DNA of 64,000 nt. It comes from Callorhinchus milii (Eukaryota). Both the position numbers and the translations under genes were made by a program. The notes under the pieces were generated by a model. It saw only the letters and a list, made by a program, of their open reading frames with translations. It did no database searches and was not told the origin of the DNA. The DNA is taken from NCBI RefSeq assembly GCF_018977255.1, contig NW_024704743.1, positions 79,548,001-79,612,000 of the forward strand. The letters run 5' to 3'. Numbering within the stretch: position 1 is the stretch's first letter; every line of letters starts with the position of its first letter. Shown here one piece after another: positions 11,398 through 23,325 of the stretch.

Positions 11398-12029
11398 ACC
11401 CTTAAAATCTCATTCATCCAACTTTACTTGAAATAAGCAACTTTCATTACAACTTGTATGTGGGTTTCTATGTACAGAATAACTAACTATCTTGACTATG
11501 AACATGATTTTATACCTGGCAAGTTGCCTGCCTACTCTCGTGGGTGAGGAAAAATGGTGTGGTATTTTCAAACTGGAAGCTGCTGCACTCAACAGTGATT
11601 TGACTGAACGTGAGGATTTCAATATAAAAAAATCACTAGAACATGGGAGTGGGGGCAAGAATGGCAACTTGAGGATGATTTTGCTTTCTGATCTTTTATT
11701 GGAGCTAGCACAGACACGATGGGATGAATGGCTTTGTTCTGTGCTCTAAATTTCTATTGTTCTTTTGTTCTGCGGACTCTTCAGGCCACAAATTTTGTGA
11801 TTTTTGTGAGTATTTCAAGGCTGCGGGTATCTGTGCAGATGGTAGAGAAGATATTCTGCTGCCTGCTCTTATCAGAGCTCTTGTTACTAGTAACATTGTC
11901 AGTAAATGGTTTAAATTTGACTGCCCACTATTTTTCTATGATTGACATAATTTTTTATATAATAATTATCAATATTATTATATAATTTTCATAAAAATAA
12001 TAATCCTTGTTGCTGGAGCAATTGTATGT

Positions 12030-12309
12030 ATAGTTTACCTAGTAGTAAGTAGGAACTCAGTTGTTAATCGATTGGTGGATCATTTTCCAGGAGTAATCAT
12101 CTCAAAAAACAACAAAAGATTTGGTCACTCAATCCACGACTGTCTGTGGGATGCTGCTGTATGCAATTGGCTGCTACGCTTTGTCCATAAAACACAGAAT
12201 CATTACACTTTGCAATGTATTTTGTGATCTGAGTGACAAGGATGCTGATCAAGTAGACCTCTCAACGACGTGATAAGGTGTTATATCAAATGTACGGATT
12301 ATTATTATG
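12030..12309 (+). mobile_element. tRNA-SINE, long subfamily, head missing
   Basis: gtttacctagtagtaagtaggaac..gttgttaatcgattgg segment, Deu 3' part and (TTA)n tail. Confidence 0.8.
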
Positions 12310-13562
12310 ACGCTTCAATAAACTTATATAATGAAAGTCTAAAGACAAATTAGGGAGGGGAGGAGTAAAAATGTTTCTTAAAAAAAAGATAAAATCTACA
12401 TTGAATCAAAAGGTTTGCAATTTACTTGTCAAAATGAACGTGATCATTGATTCAGCAATCTGCAGTGGTTTCAGCCAGTGGTGTGAAATCATATGCAGGA
12501 ACTGAGAATATTTGCCTTGCGAGCTAAATAAAGGTAGAACACTCTTTCCCTTTGAGACAACCACAACCAAAAAAAGAAATTGTACTGCTTAGTTTTACTT
12601 TACAGGGAAGGGTTACACAACATTTTTTTAAAATTTTCAATGGCACAAGTTTCCTGCACTTTCAAAAAAAAACATATAAATGCATCAGGATCAAAATGAA
12701 GAGCTCCAAGAAAAACATCAAGCGAAAACAATGCTTGAAATCCTGCCTCAATAGCTGAGATTGGTTTTGATTCCACTGGTCCTTGTCTCCTGTGCTGCAT
12801 TCCATGAATCGTTTGTTCTTATAAATATCCGGAAAGAGGTGGTAAACTTGTCTCTGGATGGCACTCGCAGACCGCCATATGGGAGCAGACCAGCAATCAA
12901 CAGAGCAGCTTCAACTGAGCAGCAGGAAATGCCAGGCGGATCTCTTAGCCAAATGTATTACAAGCCAGCTGGCAGTGTGGAAATCTCGTGTGGTATTTCC
13001 TCACTGCACTTTTGCTGTATCAGTCCAGTACCACGTGGGCTCTACAGAAAACGTACAGCCAAGCTGCAAAGTGTTAGCACCAGATCCAATGGAGAAAATT
13101 CAGAGTGTATACTTGCTGCTGGACACTGGTTATAAACTATTGCCCTGCGATAACTCCTCATTGATTTAAAGACACTTTCTAAAGACTGAGACTAATCTCA
13201 TATCAACTAAGAAAGGAGGGAACCTGCTCCTCTGAGCAGTGAGCAAAAGCTTGCAGTTTTACCTCACAACATCAATGAGAGCTCCTTGAAGAACAAAAAA
13301 GCTTAAATAAGGCAACTGATGTCAGGATAATAGATAATAGACCTCTCCCACACCAACAGTTCAGGCAGACAGCTGGATCCAAAAAAGGGACTGTAGCTAG
13401 TGTATTATGAGCAAAGAGTTTCTCTTGTCAAACAATGTCCAGATTTACTATTTTAAGTTTGAGGCTAGTTGTTAGTGGTCTTGGAAAAGTGAGGCTAATA
13501 GTTGGAAATGCAGCCTTACTCACATCAAAGGCTGCTTCTATTTAAATGTTTGTTGACAGGTG

Positions 13563-13927
13563 TCGGCCTGGCTCAGTCAGTAGCACCCTCACCACTAAGT
13601 CAGAAGGTTACGAGTTCAGACCCCACATCAGGACTTTGAACTCATAGACCATGCTGACACTCCAATGTGGTGCTGGAGGTGTGTAGCATTGACAGAGATG
13701 CTGACCTTCGGATGAGATGTTAAACCAAGGTCCCGTCTGCCTGTTCATTAAAGATCCTATGTCACTATTCAAAAAGAGAAACAAGTTTCTATCATCAACA
13801 ATCCTCCAAATAGAAATTAGTAATTAATTTCATTTTTTTTGTGGGAAATTGGTGTGTGCAAATTGCCTGCCATGTTCACCTACAATACATTTTGTGATGT
13901 CTCAATGACATGAAAAGGTGCTATAAG
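13563..13927 (+). mobile_element. Near full-length Deu-domain (SacSINE1-like) SINE
   Basis: Head tggctcagtcagtagcacc..agtcagaaggtt..gagttcagacccc; core cttcggatgagatgttaaaccaaggtcccgtctgcc; tail gacatgaaaaggtgctat. Confidence 0.88.
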
Positions 13928-13959
13928 TTATTATAGGTTGGTTGCTACTCTACTATTCT

Positions 13960-14185
13960 TTCACTTTCATAACAAACTTGTCTCGTTTAGCTCTTAGTCC
14001 TCTCCTGTGCCTTTCAAAAAGATGTCCACTGCTATCGATCTTATAGAAAGCCAATTACTTCCCTTTATGTTTAAGGCTAATTTTCTTGCGCTATTAATTA
14101 ACTTTTCAAATCTCTCTTTTTGCAGCTTTCCTTTATTCTTTATATTTGTCCTAGCTTTAGTTTTTACAGTTCCACTAGTACTGAC
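13960..14185 (-). mobile_element. Old CR1 ORF2 linker fragment
   Basis: Minus translation ..RKLALNIKG..(A)FYK.. resembles the CR1 KLAxNIKxNxKAFYKY motif. Confidence 0.45.
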
Positions 14186-14789
14186 TGCAAGTGCTAAAAT
14201 GTTTTCTTGAAGTTACAGATTCTATTTATTCTTTCTATTTATCGATGTGGGTGTTTATCTACAAATTACACGGTCACTTCACTTTACAGCATAATCCTGT
14301 GAAACTCTTTGAGACATCTTCCCAATGAGAAAGGTGCTCTTTTAAATGGAAGGATTATTATTATGTATTATTTTATTTCATTATTATTAATATTATTAAG
14401 AGTTCAGCTAATTCCCTTTGTCCTTATTGGAACACTCCTCATTTGCAACCTAACCATCTCTAATGTAATTAATTCCTGCAGCTGAGGTATAAACTTTCCA
14501 GCAAAGTAACTTGTCCTCAAATCTTCCTTTGTTGTTCTTGCACTCAACCTAATTATATAGTGGTCGCTGTTTCCCAAATGTTACCCTACTTTTAGCTCGC
14601 CTACTTATCCTGTTTCATTAACCAGAACCAGATCAATAGTATTTTATTCTTTATTGGAGCAGTAAAATACTGAATGATAAAATAACTCACTTTGCACTTT
14701 GAGATGTCTTCCTGACGTGAAAGGCACTATATAAGTATAGATGGTATTCCATTGTATATTAACACCATAACATTTTCCTTCCTCCCACA

Positions 14790-15156
14790 ACATAATAATA
14801 ATCTTTGCATTTGATATAAAAACCTTATCATGTCATTGAGACGTCTAAAGCTCTTCACAGAATATACTGTAATGTGAATTGACTGTATATTTTGTGGGTG
14901 AATTGCAGCAGCCAATTGCGCACAGCAGGGTACAACAAACCATTGTGGATTGAGTGACCAAATTTGTATTTTGAGTGATTATTACTCCCAGAAAGCGATC
15001 CTCAAATTGACTAACCACTGAGTTCCTACTTACTACTAGGTAAACAGAGGTGTGTGGAGTAAGAAAACTTGCCTAGGATTTTGTCCTGCTCGAGAATCGA
15101 ACCCAGGTCCTCTCGTTTGCGAGGTGAGTGCTCTAACCATTACTCTACATGACTCC
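14790..15156 (-). mobile_element. tRNA-SINE, long subfamily, full length
   Basis: Head at 15090-15156, long internal segment, Deu 3' part and (TAA)n. Confidence 0.88.
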
Positions 15157-15404
15157 GTATAACCCTATTATTAATACACACCTCTCTAAATTATCTACCA
15201 ACTTCAGCCAGGTGGGTCTGCAGTACTCCAAGTTACTGGTGATAACAGACTAGGCAGCTTGTTTGCAGGATTTGGAGGGGCAGACCAATCACCTGGGACT
15301 GGAATTCTTCCCACTCAGCTCCTGCATGTCAAAGCTCTAACAGTAGGATGGTCCTAACTGGATAAGCAGCAAGAAGCTTGCCAGGCAGAGCTTTCAATGG
15401 CAAG

Positions 15405-15661
15405 CTTTTGGTTTTAGTTGGTTAATCTCCCAGCAGTACCCCAAAGCGCACTCTAGGGTCTGGCAGGTTTGGATCTCGCCAACCTGTGGCTAATATTCTC
15501 CAGGATTAGGCAAACAGAATGTGTCCCTCCAGGGAGAGTGCGCGCATTCCATTCCAGATACGAGGAAATTTCCATGTGTAGGTGACATGCATTTGTGGAA
15601 CTCTCAGTCTGGTTTGGATATTCTTAAGCATGGTGATGGGTTTCCACATATATCGGGCACC
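15405..15661 (+). mobile_element. Right half of a long-TIR non-autonomous DNA element (family of 39471-39892)
   Basis: gtaccccaaagcgcactct..tgtgtccctccagggagag..ggtttggatattcttaagcatggtgatgggtttcc. Confidence 0.75.
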
Positions 15662-15809
15662 ATGCAAAATCTTCAAATTCCTTTCCATTGTTCAGCAGTC
15701 TATAATATACTACCAGGAATGTGACCAATCCCTTGCCATTCCACAGTTCGATCTAAAGTCATTCTGGCTGGATTATTTCTAAATTGAAATCCCTGTTTTG
15801 AGTGCTATA

Positions 15810-16265
15810 TTACGCCCACAAAATATACAGTCAATTCACTTTACAGTATTTTCTGTGAAGCGTTTTGAGATATCTCGAAGACATGATAAGGCGGTATATC
15901 AAATGCAAAGATTATTATTATTCTAATATCACATGCAAGGATTATTATTAAATGCCTCAAAGCGCTTTACAGAGGTTTCTCCAAACCATATGACAATATA
16001 TTCATAGACAAACTTGCCGGCCAATTTTATCTGGAGGTTTGTTGGCCAGGACGCTGGGAGAAATTCCCTTCTTCTGAGTAGTGTGTTGAGATATTTAAGA
16101 TCCACCTGAACAAGCAGATGGGACAAGTAGTTTAATATCTCATCCCAAAGATTGAAACTACGACAATGCAGTGTTGGAGTGTCAGTTTAGGCTTTCAGTT
16201 CAATGTAGGGTTTGAACCCAAATTGATTCGGAGGTGAGAGTGCTACCAACTGAACCAGCCTGACA
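15810..16265. mobile_element. SINE tail (+, 15810-15922) next to a Deu-SINE (-, 15940-16265)
   Basis: Consensus tail, then a reverse Deu core and head (ggtgagagtgctaccaactgaaccag). Confidence 0.75.
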
Positions 16266-17009
16266 CTATAAACTGAGTTCCTACGTGGGCCAAATGCAAA
16301 TGTGCTGCCAACTGAGCCACGCAGATACTGGAATAATGCACAAATCTCTTCTATTACTAACCAGATATATACATTTGTTTATTCCTATAGAGATTGGCTG
16401 AGAATTCCTATTAATTTATGCTGATCTGATTCAAATAACTGTGTTTCCCAGATGGCATCAAAACAAAATTAGGAGTTGGAATGAAACACCTGCTGGAGAC
16501 TTGCAACAAGTGGAGTTTATATTGAGTCAACCAATTAGCCATTTCCAGGTGCTGAGAGGATTTCGAAGAGCTTCTTTGGAAACTAACACCATCTGATGGA
16601 GCTTCACAACAGATGGAAATCTGAGACAAAGGAATTGGATCAAGGCTGATAATCGTAATTAGCATTGTTTAACTATCACAGTGCTTATTGAGATTTTAAT
16701 GATCATTTTATCATCTGCAGTGGCTATTTAATACATGAATGAGTGGATACTTAAGACAGTTTTACCTATTATTCCTAACGACATGGGATTACTGCAATGT
16801 AAAAGGAAGAAATGAGAATGTTGGTTCTTAGTTTCTGGAGTAGTCACACAGTTTGTCGTCAGAGTATGCATGTCCTGATCATTGATAAATTCTGTTTAAA
16901 TAACATAATAACCCCAAAGATTGTTGCAGACACTAAAAATCAGCTGCAGATAATATGAGAACTTGTTCAAAAAAGTGAAGGAGTGTAATGAGAAACCAAA
17001 GCAAAATAA

Positions 17010-17500
17010 CAATAAAAATAATAATCCTGGAATTTATATAGTGCCTTATCACATGGTTGAGATATCTCAAAGTGCTTCACAGGATTTTAGTGTGAAGTGC
17101 AGTGACTGTGTATTTGTAGGCAAACATGGCAGCCAATTTTAATACAGCAATATCCCACAAACAGCCAAAACCTGAATGACCAATTTGATCTGGGGGATTG
17201 TGGGCCAGGACACCGGGAGAAACGTCCTCCTCATTTTGAGAACTGGCAGGAGAAGCATCTGGTGATACTGTTTTTTAACCGTCTAAATCATTCAGCACAG
17301 TGTGTAATAATAATAATAATATTATTTGATATTGCATTTGATATAGTGCCTTACTACATCTTTGAGACATCTCAAATCGCTTCACAGAATTGTACTGTAG
17401 ATTCAATTCACTGTATATTTTGTGGACAAAACGTGGCAGCCAGTTGCACACAGCTGTGTCCCATAAACAGTCGTGGATTGAGTGACCAAATTATTATTAT
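17010..17500 (-). mobile_element. Two adjacent SINE 3' fragments
   Basis: (TAA)n tails at about 17015 and 17305, each followed by the reverse body cagccaatt..cacagc..cccacaaacag. Confidence 0.8.
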
Positions 17501-17814
17501 CGCAATGAAGAATTATCATTAACATAATTATTAAAATTGTCACTATATTTCACAAAGCAGAACGTGAGAGGAGAAAAGATCCAATGTAGCCAGAAATGCC
17601 TCCATTTTACTAAACATGCATAAACTCAATGAGATGATAAACATGGGATTGCTTTAGGGAGCCAACACATTGTCAGTATCTGTACAGTGTAAATGGCACA
17701 GCTTCTAATATTTCTTTAACATTCCAAACCTTGCAATCTACCTACAGTCATGCTGATACCAGCACCAAAATACTGATGTTGGAAAGGAACATTGAACTGT
17801 CCAGCTCTTCATTG

Positions 17815-18309
17815 TAGTAATAATAATAATAATCCTTGCATTTGATATAGCGCTTTTCACGTCTTCTAGACACTCAAGCACTTCACAGAATATGCTGTAA
17901 AGTGTGGTAAAATATAATGTATATATAATGTCTTGTGGCCTTCAGCAGGTTTCTCATTGCCATTTGTTTCCCTTGGTGGTGTATGGATAATAATAATAGT
18001 AATAATCCTTGCATTTGATTACATCTTTGAGTCTCAAAGCGCTTCACAAAATATACTAATATAATAATAATAATAATCCTTGCATTTGATATAGCATCCC
18101 AAAACGCTTCACAGAATATACTGTAAAGTGAATTCACTGTATATTTGTGGGTGAACGCGGCAGTCAATTGCGCACAGCAGTGTCCCACAAACAGTCGTAG
18201 ATTGAAAATGACCAATTTATTATTTTTTGGTTTTGGAGGGATTATTATTAGGCGTGTGGAGTAAGGAAACTTGCCCAAGGTTTCGCCCTGCCTGGAATTG
18301 AACTCAGGC
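17815..18309 (-). mobile_element. Three stacked SINE tails, the last continuing into a young short-subfamily body lacking the A box
   Basis: (TAA)n-tccttgcatttga at about 17830, 18000 and 18070. Confidence 0.85.
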
Positions 18310-18654
18310 CTCAATATATTACTGATTATCCTAATTGCAATTCCTTGCTTTTTCCTGATACCTCTTATACCTTTCCTCCAATTGTGCTAATCTAATTCCC
18401 TTTTAAATGTTCCTGAATGACTTTGCTTCAACAGCCATTCCTGAAAAATCATTCCACCATTCTGATAGCTCTCTTGGAGAAAATATTTTTCACGATAGTC
18501 CTCACCATTTATCGTCTCAAATCCTTTTGCTTTTTTTAAACACTTCTATCACATCAGCCCTCTACCTTCCCTGCTTACAACTGAGAGTCCTGATCTTTCC
18601 AGCTTCTCTTCATACCTATATCCTCATTTATACAGTATTGTCCTCCTGAGACTA

Positions 18655-19162
18655 CCCGCACCAGGCTTCGCGACCACATCACTCCCACCCTCGCTCGCCT
18701 CCACTGGCTCCCCATCCCCCAGAGGATTGAATTCAAGATCCTCATCATCACCTACAAGGCCATTCACGGCCTCACTCCCTCCTACCTCTCCGATCTACTA
18801 TCTCCCTACTTACCTGCCCGTACCCTCCTTTCCTCTGGCTCCGGTCTGCTCCACATCCCCCGCCCCAACTGCCCTACCATCGGTGGCCGGGCCTTCAGCC
18901 TCTCAGCCCCTAGGCTCTGGAACTCCATCCCCCAGTGCCTTCACCTTGCCTCCTCCCTTTCCTCCTTCAAGGCCGGTCTCAAGACCTTTCTCTTTGACCG
19001 TGCCTTCAGCTCCCCTCTTGACTCTCTACCCCCTCCTCACTCCCTCCCCTCACCCTGACCATTTCCCCCCTTGCTCGGGTCCTGACCCAACTGTCCAGTG
19101 CCTTGGGACATCCTCCCGACATGAAAGGCGCTCTATAAATGCAATCTTGTTGTGTTGTTGTT
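18655..19162 (+). mobile_element. Well-preserved L2 LINE 3' end
   Basis: RDHITPTLARLHWLPIPQRIEFKILIITYKAIHG..RAFSLSAPRLWNSIP..FKAGLKTFLF; canonical tail and (TTG)n. Confidence 0.95.
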
Positions 19163-20049
19163 ATTTATTGGTAAAGGTCACTGAGAAGGGAAAAAACAAA
19201 ATGCTTCCAGAATGGACATCAAGACCACATTTCTTAACTTTCACTCACTCAAAATTACTCAAAGTTGCAAATGCTTTATAAGTGAGAGCACTCAGTAGAG
19301 AAGATGGCACAAGTCACTATACAATTGTCCAATCAAATTAAAATTACATTTGTAACCAGAAACAGCAGGACCATGCAGTGACTTAGGCTTCTACCTAAAT
19401 AAATCCAGTGATTTACTGGTTTGGGGCTAAGTACGACATTGCTCCATTTGGCAAGATTTGTAAATTTGTCCCTGTACTCTTCTACATAATGGTAATGCAA
19501 TGTTAAACATATCATTATATTTTACTTTCATGATATAATGTAATTTATAAGTGTTAATTAGTGTTATTTATAAGTGCACAGGGACAATCTGCCTAAACGA
19601 GTGAAAGAAGCAAAAAGTGTTTAGCACATAATAACTAATTCTCTGTATGGTACAGACAAAACAGAATTATCACCCAGATGGCTTAATGAGCATCAATAAC
19701 ATTGCACCTTCTGTATAAGATATTTTTAAAGCTAAATATGAACATGTAGACTTCCAACTTTATTCCCTGTAGCCTTATTAGTAATTAACATTCCATTGGG
19801 ATACTGAGTAAGATAACTGCCTCACTGGTATGACTCCACAAAGGTTAGTATAAGTCATCCTGATACAACCGATGAAACAATAAAGATTCTCTTCAACTTG
19901 TCTGTCATTGCTACCTAATTATTGTATGTTAATTCCACGTTAAATCCATTGGTAGGGGAGAAATGATAAAAGTCAAATTGTGGGCTTTGGTTTAATTTCA
20001 ACGTGACATGAACAGAGAAACAGGGAAAATACCAGAAGTCCACCTTAGC

Positions 20050-20400
20050 TGCTGTAGTTGGTTGCAATATTGAGTTGGAATAATAATCTCTGTAGAAAAA
20101 ATTCTGGACAGATGCAATGTAATGAGTAGCTTGTACTGAATGATGAGGGAATGTTAGGATGCGTATTCTGGAAGAATAAGATCAAATGAGCTGAAGGGCC
20201 TTCTTCATCAAAACCAATCTTGTGATTTTGTACTTATAGTATCTATAATTCACAGATGAAAATTGTACATAGAGTGTCACTGCACGGGAACAGTTTATTT
20301 GACCCAACAATTCCGTGCCCATCCTCCACTTGAGCCTTCACTCCTCCTATTCCACTAACCTATATCTCTCTATTCTCTTCTCCCTTGTGTATGCTCATTT
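20050..20400. mobile_element. Old CR1 3' fragments in opposite orientations
   Basis: gatcaaatgagctgaagggccttcttc..ttgtgattttgt (+), then acatagagt..gggaacag..gacccaac (-). Confidence 0.45.
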
Positions 20401-21149
20401 AACCTTAATTTACAAAAGTGATGTTCAGTACATTATTTAGAGCCTATTGTGTTTGTACACATTTGGTTTTAAAAGATTGGATCAGCAACATATTTTCATG
20501 AACAAAAGATTGGAATTAAAGTGGTATAGAATCATAGAAACTATAGCATAGTAAGAAGCCAGTCAGCCATTAAGCTAGCCTCTTCTACTGGGGCTATTTT
20601 CTCTGATGCCTATTCCCTAGTATCTCCTTTGTTGTCCTGGCTCTGTATCTGCTCCTCATGCAGATGAATGGAAGCTTTTACTTGTCTGTTTCTAATGACT
20701 TCCATTGTGTTCTTTACTGTGATCCTTGTACTGTTATTGCATATGGTGCAGGAGATTCTGTCACTACATGTTTTATTACCCTGTCATTCCTCTCATGCAA
20801 TAGCATTCAATAATAATTCAATAGATAGTGTACAATTTCCATGAAATGTAGAAAACAAGAACTATCTTGCAGACTTTCTGCGGTGCGCATTGCAGAACAT
20901 CTCTCAAATCAATGCAGTTAATTGAAACAATAATTTAGCACACTGAACTTTGCTTCAAGGGTTCTCTGGTTGCACTTTGTGCCTGTTGTACTGATGCCCT
21001 TCTGGGGCTTCAGAACTGTGCAGAGAGATCTCAGCTAAAGTATCTGATTTTGTATTGGCCAGCTGGCTTGCTGCTCCAATGTAGAGGGCATCTTCCATTC
21101 CATGCCAAAAGCCGGAAGGGTATCATACTTCTGGTAATAGTGGGAACTT

Positions 21150-21467
21150 ATAACTCGTAAAGCGAGAGGACCCGGGTCCCATTCCTGGGCAAGGCAAACC
21201 CTTAACCAAGTTTCTTTACTGCACATACCTCTGCATACCTAGCAATAAGCATGAACCCGATTGTTAGTCGATTGGTGGATCGCTTTCTGGGGTAATAATA
21301 CATCTAAAAAAGAATAATTTAGTCACTCAATCCATGATTGCTGTATGCAATTGGCTGCTGTAGTTTGCCAAACAGACTGTCAACTCACTTTACAATACAT
21401 TCTGTGAAGCGATTTGAGGCATCTCAATGATGTGATAAGGCGCAGTATCAAATAAAAGGATTATTAT
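21150..21467 (+). mobile_element. tRNA-SINE, long subfamily
   Basis: gcgagaggacccgggtcccattcctgggc, long internal segment, tail gatgtgataaggcgc. Confidence 0.8.
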
Positions 21468-21979
21468 CGCTATTATAACAGGAAACCCGCATTGCATGCA
21501 AGCAAACAGTGTATTGAAGCACCTTATAATAGGGATACCCTGTATCTCTTTACACAAAGGATAACTGAAACATTTGTAATGCTGTAGCTTGTGTGATTTA
21601 TTTATTTTATGATGGCAGAAGTGAAATGGGAGCAAGTTTAGACCAGATTGTATAGTCAGCAAATTTCTGTGCTGCTCAAAAAGGCATGTAAGGAATTTTA
21701 TAAAGCAGAATCTGGAGTTTGATTATGTGAAACCCGCTGGTGTTGACCTTTGATGGTTCAAAGATTAATGCAATTTATAATTGAGAGTTTTTTGTTCAGA
21801 AATGTTCTTTTAAAGGTTTTACTTTGATTCTCTTATCTGCACAAGAGTTGAATTGAAAGTTCAAGAAAGACTTCTGAGAGCTTGTTCAGTGTTTAAAGAT
21901 GAAATATTCTCTATTGAGGTATTCAACTACGGAAGAATTGTCAAGCCAGCTCTCGAGAGCATAGAAATCCCAATTATCA

Positions 21980-22268
21980 TGCTGGCTCTGGCCTCCTGTT
22001 TGTCCCTTGTCTCCTCTGCTCCACCATCAGTGGCCGTGCCTTCAGCCACTATGCCCCAAAACTCTGGAATTCTCTCCCTCAATCCCTCTGCATTGCCCCC
22101 TCCCCACTTTCAAATCCTGCCCAAAGACCTTCATTTTTGATCGTGCTTACGGTCAACTTCCCTCTCCATCTCCCATGGCTCAGGGTCAGACTCCGCCACT
22201 GTCAAACGCTCCGGGACGCTATCCCGTGTGAACGGAGTTATATAAATGCAAGTTGTTGCTGTTGTTGA
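21980..22268 (+). mobile_element. L2 LINE 3' fragment (second tail type)
   Basis: gccgtgccttcagccactatgccccaaaactctggaattctctccct (RAFSHYAPKLWNSLP); tail ..tataaatgcaag(TTG)n. Confidence 0.85.
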
Positions 22269-22489
22269 TAGAGAACTCGGGTGGAAACACAACCAATTTC
22301 TGGGACTTGCAGAGCTCAGTTTCACTTCAAAGAATTCATTTTTCTGTTGTCAGTCTTTTGTCATCACTCTTGACAATTTATTGCTGTGCCTACACATTGT
22401 ATGTTCTTAGCTAAGTTATTCAATTCTATCTCTGTTAAATAAATCTACTTTTGGTTGAACTACTTTATTGCCTGTATCACTAAAACAAT

Positions 22490-22900
22490 ATTTTAACCTC
22501 TGAGTCAAAAGGTGTGGCTGCAGCCACACGTCAAAACTTTGAAGTCACATAGTTTGGGTTGAAACTCGTTTACAATGCTCGGGGTGCGCTGCATTGATGG
22601 AAGTGCCACCCTTTAGATGAAACATTGAACTGAAGTCCTGTACCCCTGTCAGGTGGACATTAAAGATCCCATGGCATTTGTCGAAAAGAGGAATGAATTT
22701 CTTCCTGTGTCCTGGCTAACAATCCACCAGCTAAAATTGGTCAGTCACTTCATGACTGTTTAGGGAACTTGCCATGTATCAATTGGCTGCCATGTTCACC
22801 TACAAAATACACAGTCACAACACTTTGTAGTGTATCCTATGACTTACTTCAGACATCCTCCCAAAGGAAAAGGCGCTATTTCAAATGTAAGGATATTTAT
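22490..22900 (+). mobile_element. Deu-domain SINE
   Basis: cctctgagtcaaaagg..ctttagatgaaacattgaac..caggtggacattaaagatcccatggc..aaggcgctat. Confidence 0.82.
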
Positions 22901-22994
22901 TCTTATTTTATTATAATAGTATTTTTGATTAATTTGTTCAAAACCTCTCCCAATTATTGTAACTTAATTGGTGTTTCTTAGGCAAATTTTGATA

Positions 22995-23325
22995 TAATAA
23001 TTATAATCCTTACATATGGTACAGTGCTGTTCACGTTAAGAGGATGTCCCAAAGTGCTTCACAGGATATACTGTAAAATGGAGTGACTGTGTTTTGTGGG
23101 TAAACGCAGCAGCTAATTTGTGCACAGCAATGTGCCACAAACAGCAATGAAGCGAATGACCAATTTAATTTGGGGGATTGTTGACCAGCAGAAAGAACCT
23201 CTCCCCTTTTCGAATAGTTCATGGGAATTTTAATGTCAACCTGAATAGGTGGACTGGGCCTTGGTTTAACATCTCACCTGAAGGACGGCTTCTCTGACAA
23301 TGCAGTAACACCCCCAGCACTCAGA
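22995..23325 (-). mobile_element. Deu-domain SINE, tail-to-tail with the previous copy
   Basis: Reverse tail and Deu core ccttggtttaacatctcacctgaagga. Confidence 0.82.
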
